39,197 nucleotides of DNA from Candidatus Aenigmatarchaeota archaeon (GTDB taxonomy: Archaea; Aenigmatarchaeota; Aenigmatarchaeia; QMZP01): contig JACQIG010000080.1 of assembly GCA_016198605.1 (NCBI GenBank), forward strand, positions 1 through 39,197, in the 5' to 3' direction. The stretch's first letter is position 1. Each line of letters opens with the position of its first letter. This document shows, in pieces, positions 14,001-19,500 of this stretch. Under the pieces are notes generated by a model. The model ran no database searches. It saw nothing but the letters and a program-made list of their open reading frames with translations, and was not told the origin of the DNA. Made by a program: the position numbers and the translations under genes.

Positions 14001-15581
14001 AAGGCCGTGGTAATCCGCATTGGAATCGCTGTTCCATTGGAACGTGGGGGTTGTCGCATTGATTATAGAACTGTTGGAAGGAGACAGATGAACAGGCGCG
14101 TCTGGCGGCAGGAGAGGCGCCTGGGGCGTTGCGCTGACCTCGTTTGAGAATGCGCCCTCGCCTATGGAATTCAGCGCTGTCACCTTGTAATAATATGTCA
14201 CGCCATTTGCAACCAGCGTGTTGTTGAACGTGGTGAAGGCTGATGATATTGTGGCATAGTATGACTCGCCCCCCAGGGATGTCCCGCGGTATATGTTGTA
14301 TTGCGCCACTGCCGAGCCGCCGTCAGAGGCCGGCGGGCTCCACCCAAGGAAAACGAAGCCGTTCCCCACATCAATAACAATGAGATTCTGCGGTGGCGTA
14401 GGTGTCGTAGCCGGCATGGGCACTGTCGCGCTCGCCTCGTTTGAGAACCCGCTGTCCCCGGCTGAATTGACAGCCTTAACCTTGTAATAATATGTCTGGC
14501 CAGCCACGAGGTTGGCCGTGTTGTTGAACGTCGTGCCTGGTGTCGCCGTGGTGAAATAAAGCGTCTCGCCTCCGGGGGACGTGCCCCTGAATATCTTGTA
14601 ATTGGTCACGGGAGAGCCGCCGTCGCTTGAGGGCGGGTCCCATGCCAGGAGTATGTGGCCAGGCCCGGCATCAGGCACGCGCAGGTTGAGCGGCGGCGAC
14701 GGGACAGTTGCCGGGTTCTGCGTAGTGAAGCCCCACTTTGGCGACCACTCGCCATAAAATGAGGCGCTCCTGCCGTGGACGGTCCAGTAGTAGGTTGTCC
14801 CGGCGCTTAATATACCCGGGGCAGGCTGGTATGAGGTAGACGATGTTTCCGCATTTATGGCGCAATTAGAGCATGTACTCACCGTAGGGTCTGTCGGCAG
14901 GGCGCTGGAGCTTGTGGAGACCATTATCCTGTATGACGTAGCGCCGCTGGCTGATGACCAGCTAAAGGTTGGTGTCATGGAAACGCCTGCAGCCCCGTTG
15001 GAGGGGGACGAAAGCGCAGGCGCAGGAAGTAGGTATTCCACAAAATCCTCGGCCACCCAGCCTGTTATGCCGCCAAAGCTGGCTTTCCAGAAATGGTAGA
15101 AGCCTCCCCCGCCGGTCGGCACGCCGTAAAAAGGCCCGCTCACCACAGTCCCTAGTGTGCCCTCAGGGACGCTTCCTATGTCCTGAAGGCCGGGAGGGTC
15201 GCTCCTGACGTTCAAGGGAGTGCCGTCTATGTAGGATACGAGGAGCCTGTCAGTTAGGCTGAACTTGGTGGAAGGCGTTATGGATACCTTAAGCAGGAAG
15301 TCCTCGGCTGACCAGCCCTCCAGGCCGTCAGACCACCTGACCTTATACCTGTTGAAGCTGTTGCAGAAAGCAGGGCCGCCAATCACTGTCCCGCGGCTCC
15401 CTGGAGCCTTGGAGCCTGTCTGCGCATCGCAGGCGTTTGGCCCGCGCACCACCAGGTTGCTGCCGCCCGTATTGAACACCTCTACGGTATCTCCTGCAGT
15501 GACGTGCGTGGCGTAGGCAAGCGTGACAAACATGAGAAGCAAAACTGCAGACCCTCCCAAGATCGCGGCTGTTTTTTTCAT
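11034..15581 (-). CDS. Secreted multidomain peptidoglycan hydrolase-like protein. Domain order: signal peptide, SH3b x2, FN3-type domains, orphan domain, Amidase_2 (N-acetylmuramoyl-L-alanine amidase), TSP3 repeats, Kelch propeller.
   Basis: The ORF-track frame is 11034..15659. I place the start at ATG 15579-15581 because MKKTAAILGGSAVLLLMFVTLAYA-THV is a classic Sec signal. A G7 Shine-Dalgarno-like tract (15587-15593) lies 5 nt upstream. The track start at 15657-15659 is a TTG lying inside the promoter palindrome. Confidence 0.9.
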   Translation of the reverse strand: MKKTAAILGGSAVLLLMFVTLAYATHVTAGDTVEVFNTGGSNLVVRGPNACDAQTGSKAPGSRGTVIGGPAFCNSFNRYKVRWSDGLEGWSAEDFLLKVSITPSTKFSLTDRLLVSYIDGTPLNVRSDPPGLQDIGSVPEGTLGTVVSGPFYGVPTGGGGFYHFWKASFGGITGWVAEDFVEYLLPAPALSSPSNGAAGVSMTPTFSWSSASGATSYRIMVSTSSSALPTDPTVSTCSNCAINAETSSTSYQPAPGILSAGTTYYWTVHGRSASFYGEWSPKWGFTTQNPATVPSPPLNLRVPDAGPGHILLAWDPPSSDGGSPVTNYKIFRGTSPGGETLYFTTATPGTTFNNTANLVAGQTYYYKVKAVNSAGDSGFSNEASATVPMPATTPTPPQNLIVIDVGNGFVFLGWSPPASDGGSAVAQYNIYRGTSLGGESYYATISSAFTTFNNTLVANGVTYYYKVTALNSIGEGAFSNEVSATPQAPLLPPDAPVHLSPSNSSIINATTPTFQWNSDSNADYHGLYVRNIATGVLVFDSDFDYGPIYSNSFTLPGGYLLDGESYRWNMRSFNGAGASGFTDPWYFSVSTMQSPPTPISPGTVSGPPGEVITTTTPTFTWSAAPSASYYAIYISQSPFGPGNLVFDSEVDYGQIAGTSFTLPAGYLQQGFDYRWNMRAFNGAGASNFSGRLYFNTNSSGNVTSAYNTEFITDSGLEDYDSMSSNDIRAFLSAQNSYFSRPVPDVDGVIFDAAVVIKQAADQYLINPKVILATLQKEISGVTRTTRPSDSQMGFLMGCISPTTARQQLTCAAERFRVYHDQLTNTGSTVSGWQVGVAKMTLDGVMVTPANKAVAGQFTYTPYAGVQWGGDQPSVGGVFLFYDSWKRFGFNGTIYPGSIWTPAHTNGYQDSDRESSYDINYIIIHTTESSYQSAINTFQDPAAGRSAHYVISGAGGITAMVGGEDVAYHAGNFNYNLHSIGIEHEGFVSDPDAYTEEMYMASASVAAWLAQKYSVPLVHPAGIAPADPLASGGIIGHDQVPDPNDPGQGGGINHHTDPGQYWNWTYFMSLVADSDGDGLVGALDPCPLDDDCDDDGLTDGNTGTEDLNANGIVDPGETDPANPDTDGDGILDGTEKGLVAPEGTGTNLAIFVPDSDPASTTNPLNTDTDSDGVPDGTEDANGNGATDPGETDPNVVTGRVNWTQLSPSPSPPPRSRFGMAYDGLRSEVVLFGGFLGDTIRESDDTWVFNGTGWAQKSLAAKPPRRDTHAMVYDSARGEVVMFGGGVNDNRYSDTWTWDGSAWTQKFPAASPPQMFHATMAYDPAREEAVLFGGSAENGLLDQTWAWNGVTWTQRFPSVSPPARFQHAMVYDPVRNEVILYGGRNASGQLGDTWAWNGSTWAQKITVGPPALRWPAMAFSQEACKMLLFGGDSSGNYANQTWAWNGTSWQLAYATAAPSGRAEAGLAYDTIRGNAVLFGGNANGMFQGDTWVADAQAASCPAQPGGSNREKPVYREL
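11041..11055. repeat. 15-nt element tccctgtatacaggc with a perfect 12-bp palindrome, CCTGTATACAGG, at 11043-11054. It overlaps the last codons of gene B.
   Basis: Read directly from the sequence. The minus strand encodes ..EK-P-V-Y-R-E-L-stop. An identical 15-mer lies at 16519-16533. Confidence 0.95.
11110..11990 (-). other. Kelch-type beta-propeller (about six blades).
   Basis: Six repeats of the form P.PR..HAMVYD..R.EVVLFGG.......L.DTWAWNG..W.Q. Examples: ..PPRRDTHAMVYDSARGEVVMFGGGVNDNRYSDTWTWDGSAWTQ.. and ..PPARFQHAMVYDPVRNEVILYGGRNASGQLGDTWAWNGSTWAQ... Confidence 0.85.
12000..12390 (-). other. Thrombospondin type-3-like calcium-binding Asp-rich repeats.
   Basis: Translation: DSDGDGLVGALDPCPLDDDCDDDGLTDGNTGTEDLNANGIVDPGETDPANPDTDGDGILDGTE...NPLNTDTDSDGVPDGTEDANGNGATDPGETDPN. 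Confidence 0.8.
12395..12840 (-). other. Amidase_2 / PGRP-type N-acetylmuramoyl-L-alanine amidase domain.
   Basis: Translation: YDINYIIIHTTESSYQSAINTFQDPAAGRSAHYVISGAGGITAMVGGEDVAYHAGNFNYNLHSIGIEHEGF..YTEEMYMASASVAAWLAQKYSVPL...GIIGHDQV...HTDPGQYW. This matches the family hallmarks I.iH.t, ahy.i...G.i, AyHAg..N..siGIE..G, GH and DPG. The frame was checked at 12393-12404 and 12831-12836. Confidence 0.85.
14125..14700 (-). other. Two fibronectin type III domains.
   Basis: Translations: PSPPLNLRVPDAGPGHILLAWDPPSSDGGSPVTNYKIFRGTSPGGE..GQTYYYKVKAVNSAGDSGFSNEASA and PTPPQNLIVIDVGNGFVFLGWSPPASDGGSAVAQYNIYRGTSLGGE..GVTYYYKVTALNSIGEGAFSNEVSA. Confidence 0.85.
15030..15500 (-). other. Two bacterial SH3 (SH3b)-like domains.
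   Basis: Translations: GDTVEVFNTGGSNLVVRGPNA..GSRGTVIGGP...YKVRWSDGLEGWSAEDFL and ..GTPLNVRSDPPGLQDIGSVPEGTLGTVVSGP....FWKASFGGITGWVAEDFV. These fit the l.vRs.p, G.v and gWv....l pattern. Confidence 0.65.
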
Positions 15582-15657
15582 ATTTACCCCCCCAACAGGC
15601 GCATTTTCATGAATGTCGTAGCAAAGAGCCAGATATTCCACGGGTTTAACCTGAATC

Positions 15658-15682
15658 AACTTTAAAGTTTATAAATCCCCGT
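15658..15682. promoter_or_regulatory. Shared divergent promoter/operator region between gene B and the regulator. It has a 12-bp palindrome, AACTTTAAAGTT, abutting a palindromic TATA box, TTTATAAA.
   Basis: AACTTTAAAGTT (15658-15669) and TTTATAAA (15668-15675) are each their own reverse complement. Purine-rich BRE-like flanks lie on both sides. The regulator ATGs at 15691 and 15697 lie 16 and 22 nt downstream of the box, suggesting a leaderless mRNA. For gene B the same box would give a 5'UTR of about 60 nt ending in the G7 SD-like tract. Confidence 0.5.
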
Positions 15683-15690
15683 TTTACAGG

Positions 15691-16491
15691 ATGGATATGA
15701 AGCATGATGCGCTGTTCCCGGTAAGCAGCTCCACAAAGGAGCAGATAATAGCAGTCCTGTCAGGCGAGTGGCCCCTGTCGGCGAGGAAGGTTTACACAAG
15801 GCTCCTGAAAAAACACAACATTTCCTTGACCTACCAGGCCGTGCATAAGGCCCTCAGGGAGCTTACCGAAAGCAGCATCTTGGAAAGGGAGGGCACAGGC
15901 TACAGGCTTGCGGAAGCATGGATCGCGCATCTGGGAAATTTCAGCCAGAAGATGAAGGATGAGTATGACAGCGTACATGTTGCCAGGGAGACCAGGGCCC
16001 TGCACAGGTTTGTCTTCACGAAGCATTCGGACTTTGTCAGATTCCACCTGGACCTTGCCCGGAAGCTCCTCGAATCAGGCAAGCAGGTGAAGATGACATT
16101 CCATATGAGGCACGTGATATACCCCTTCCTTTTGCTTGCCGTCGAGGAACACGGGAAGTTCAAGGAGCTGCTGGGGAAATCAGAATGGGTAATCCTCTCA
16201 AAAAACGCGACAGCCATGGACGAGTGGTGCGCAAAGTACTGGAGGAGGCTGGGAGTGAAAGTCACGCTAGGTGCTGATGTCGCAACCAACTCCATCCTCA
16301 TCGTCACCAATGACTACATAACCGATGCGCGCCTGCCAAAAAAGGCCCTTGGGGCGTGGGACAAGCTATTTGAATCGGTGAACGTCAAGAATTTTGACGC
16401 TAATAGGATGAATGAAATAATACTTGAGCAGAAATTTGAGACAGTTGCCACCGTCTTCAGGGACAGGAAAATAGCCGACATGCTGGCCTGA
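15691..16491 (+). CDS. Winged-helix-turn-helix transcriptional regulator (MarR/TrmB-like N-terminus) with an uncharacterised C-terminal domain of about 190 aa.
   Basis: Complete ORF, translated line by line. The N-terminus reads KEQIIAVLSGEWPLSARKVYTRLLKKHNISLTYQAVHKALRELTESSILEREGTGYRLAEAW, which fits helix, helix, recognition helix and wing. The true start may be the second ATG at 15697 (MKHDALF) if the mRNA is leaderless. Confidence 0.8.
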   Translation: MDMKHDALFPVSSSTKEQIIAVLSGEWPLSARKVYTRLLKKHNISLTYQAVHKALRELTESSILEREGTGYRLAEAWIAHLGNFSQKMKDEYDSVHVARETRALHRFVFTKHSDFVRFHLDLARKLLESGKQVKMTFHMRHVIYPFLLLAVEEHGKFKELLGKSEWVILSKNATAMDEWCAKYWRRLGVKVTLGADVATNSILIVTNDYITDARLPKKALGAWDKLFESVNVKNFDANRMNEIILEQKFETVATVFRDRKIADMLA

Positions 16492-16494
16492 TGG

Positions 16495-16499
16495 TTTTT
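16495..16499 (+). terminator. Oligo-T tract just after the regulator stop codon; a possible archaeal-type terminator.
   Basis: The sequence tga-tgg-TTTTT-gg follows the stop codon at 16489-16491. Confidence 0.3.
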
Positions 16500-16511
16500 G
16501 GATGGGCGCAA

Positions 16512-19500
16512 TCATAAATCCCTGTATACAGGCGGCTCCGTCCCGCCGCCCCCGGGCGGGAGCACGCTTATGGCGACTTCTTCCCGGTCTGACAGGCTTC
16601 CGTCCGTGGCTGCAAACGTTACCGTGTAAGTGCCCGCGCTATTCGCGGCCCATTCAAAATAGCCTGTGCCGGCGTCAAAATAATGCGGTTCAGGCAGGAC
16701 AGAAGCCGCATTGGTGCTGAACAGCATGGCGTCGCCGTCGGGATCAGAGGCTGAAAGCTGTATTATGAGTGTCCCGCCATCAGGCACTGTCCTGTTCCCT
16801 ATTGCTTCCATCACCGGGGGATTGTTTGGCTGGCAGGCCACTATGGCCTTGCCACCCATGTTCATCTTCTCGGCTATGTCCTTCGCCCTTGTAGTATCTA
16901 CGGATATGAGGGATTCGGCCTCTGCTATAGCCTGGCTTACTGTGGTGGAATTGGACAATGGCGTCAGGTTTACCTGCGTCTGAAGGAACAGCTTGCGCGA
17001 GGCCAGGTTAAGCCACAATGCAAGCAGCTGCCTGTTTGCCTGCTGCAGCATGCTGGGCTTCTTCACGTCGAGTATCATGCACATTGCCTTGAAGCTGGTG
17101 GTGTTGTCAAAGAAGTCAGTCATGTTGTGTATCCTGGCCAGGTAGGATTCCATGGAGGACCTGTTCTCGTTATTGAAGTTGCCATTGCATGGCTGCGACC
17201 AGTACCCTGCGGTGCGAGGGTCGCATACGCCTATGCCGCTGGTATTGTCAAATATTGTGATAGTCTCCTCGTCTGACAGGAGCCCATCCGTCACATTGAA
17301 CAGCACCATGTACGTGCTGGAATCATTAGCCTGCCTTGTCCACTGGAAGAAGCCTGTGGCGGGATCAAAGAGGAATGGCCCCTGCAGCACGGAGCCTGCA
17401 TTTGTCCCGAATGCAAGGGTGTCATTGTCAGGGTCGCTTGCTGACAGCATTATGGCGAGGGTCTCATTCCTTGCCACGGACTTGTTGCCTACCGCATCCA
17501 GCACGGGCGGGCGGTTCACGCGCAGGTCAATGACCGTTATTGCTATCATCTCGCTGTCGTTGGCCAGGCCGTCCGAGACGCTGAAGGTGACGCTGTATAT
17601 GCCTGAATCATTCAGTGTCGGAATCCACTCAAACAGGCCTGTTGCTGCATTAAAAGCAAATGCACTCGGGAGCACGGAGCCGGCATCCGTCGTGAATATT
17701 AATGTGTCATTGTCCGGGTCAGCTGCAGACAGCTGTATGGCAAGGGACTCATTCTCCCCGACAGTCCTGTTGCCCACCGGATCCAATACAGGTGGCCTGT
17801 TTGTGGCGTTTATTTGCATATCCCTTACGGTTATGGATATGGTTTCGTTATCCGCAAGCTGCCCGTCGGATACATTGAATGTCACGCTGTATATGCCTGA
17901 ATCATTAAACGTGGGCGTCCACTCAAACAAGCCAGTTGCTGCATTGAAGGCGAACTGACTGGGCAGTATGGAGCCCGCATTTGTCCCGAATGCGAGAGTG
18001 TCGTTGTCCGGGTCCGCCGCCATGAGCTGGATGAGCAATGTCTCATTCTCATCAACTGTCCTGTTGCCTATTGCATCAAGGACAGGAGGCCTGTTTAGCG
18101 GGACATCAACCACCGTTATGGTCACAATCTCGGCATCGGCCAGCTGGCCATCGAATGCGATGAACGTGATATTGTATTCTCCGGCGTCATCAAATGTCGG
18201 GATCCAGGAGAACAGTCCTGCTGTCTCATTGAAGGCGAACGGGCCGGGCAGGACAAGGCCCGCATCGGTGTTGAATATTATGGTGTCATTGTCCGGGTCG
18301 CTTGCAGTGAGCTGTATGGCAATGCCCTCATTCTCGTTTACCGTCCTGTCCCCCACCGGGTCCAGCACCGGGGGCCTGTTTACGTCAAGTATGGTGATGG
18401 AAACAGCCTGCGAGTCAGCCAATATGCCGTCCCCGACTGTAACCAAAACAGAAAGGAATCCTGCATCATCAAATCCCGTCTGGAACAGGAAGGCGCTGCC
18501 GTTCTGGACGAACACCGTGTCGTTGATGAAGACGGTGAGGTTATTGTCATCGTTGGCGGGGGCATTCTGGTTGTCAGGGTCGCTGGCAACGGCCAGGATC
18601 ACTGCTGTCTCTGTCTCATTGACCGTTACATCAGGCATGAAGTCCAATACAGGCGGCCTGTTGGTGTTCAGGACCTCTATTGTTATTGCCTCGCTGCCAG
18701 TCTGGTTGCCGTTCGTGACATTGAACAGGACCGAATAATTGCCTGAATCGTCAAACGCCGGCGTCCAGCTGAACAGCCCTGTGGCCGCGTTGAAGGAGGG
18801 CTGGCTTGGCAGCACGGACAACGCGTCTGTTCCGAACAGCAGTGGCGCGCCGGCGGGGTCAATTGCGGTGAGCTGTATGTCCAGCGTGGCGTTCTCTGCC
18901 GTAGCCCTGTCACCCACAGGATTCAGTATCAGCTGGCCTGGGACTGCCACGAGGACCGTTATGTTCCTTGAGACGTTTGCAAGGCTGTCTGATACGGTCA
19001 CCTGCACCTGGTATGTGCCTGGCTGCACGCTGTCATCCACGAACACGCTCCTGAAGCCTGAAGACAGATCTCCTGACAGGTTGAAGGTCCCGGATGCAAA
19101 CGCGAATGTGAGGTTGCCCGCCCTCATGAACTCCTCCAGCGGGATGACCGAAACAGTGAATGAGTCACTGTCGGAGGCGCCGAACACGTCTGTCACGCTC
19201 ACGTTTATCCCGCTGGTGCCTATCTGGCCCGGGACGGCAGAGCAGGCCAGCACGTGGCCCGATGCAACAGAGCAGTTCAAGACGCCCGTATTGCCCTGTC
19301 CTGCCACGGCATAATCAAGCTCCGCGATGTCCTGCTCATTGTCCCTTGTGAACTCCAGCAGGTCCATCAGCAGCGTGCCGTTTTCAAATATCGCCTCATC
19401 GGGGATGCCTGCCATCTCTGGCGGCGTGTTGAACAGTATCAGGGTAAAGTTATATGAATCCTCCATCTTCGTCCCATCCCTGTTGACCAGGGTGGCATTG

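Noticed and set aside
15582-15659. ORF-track start of gene B at 15659 (a TTG, giving the N-terminus MIQVKPVEYLALCYDIHENAPVGGVN).
   Set aside because: The TTG lies inside the promoter palindrome/TATA region, and the extension has no signal-peptide character. The ATG at 15581 has a G-rich SD-like tract and yields a textbook signal peptide.
15760-16511. Minus-strand ORFs antisense to the regulator (15760..16047, 15900..16310 and 16314..16511).
   Set aside because: They overlap a well-formed wHTH gene on the plus strand and lack promoter, RBS or domain features. However, antisense transcription through this region by read-through from gene A is kept as a hypothesis.
10933-16511. Search of the three intergenic spacers for tRNA, small RNA or small-protein genes.
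   Set aside because: The spacers are only 101, 109 and 20 bp. They are fully accounted for by promoter-like and terminator-like elements, and I saw no cloverleaf-capable or stem-loop-rich sequence.
11041-16533. The 15-nt direct repeats as attL/attR of an integrated mobile element.
   Set aside because: There is no integrase, transposase or other mobility gene between or beside them, and both copies lie inside coding sequence for the same peptide. The idea is kept only as a low-weight cassette hypothesis, not as a mobile_element feature.
16565-18945. Possibility that the regular ~290-bp repeats are a CRISPR array or a DGR template/variable-repeat pair.
   Set aside because: The repeats are in-frame protein domains, far longer than CRISPR repeats, and have no unique spacers. 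Differences between copies affect all four bases rather than adenine positions only. No reverse transcriptase or cas gene is present in the window.
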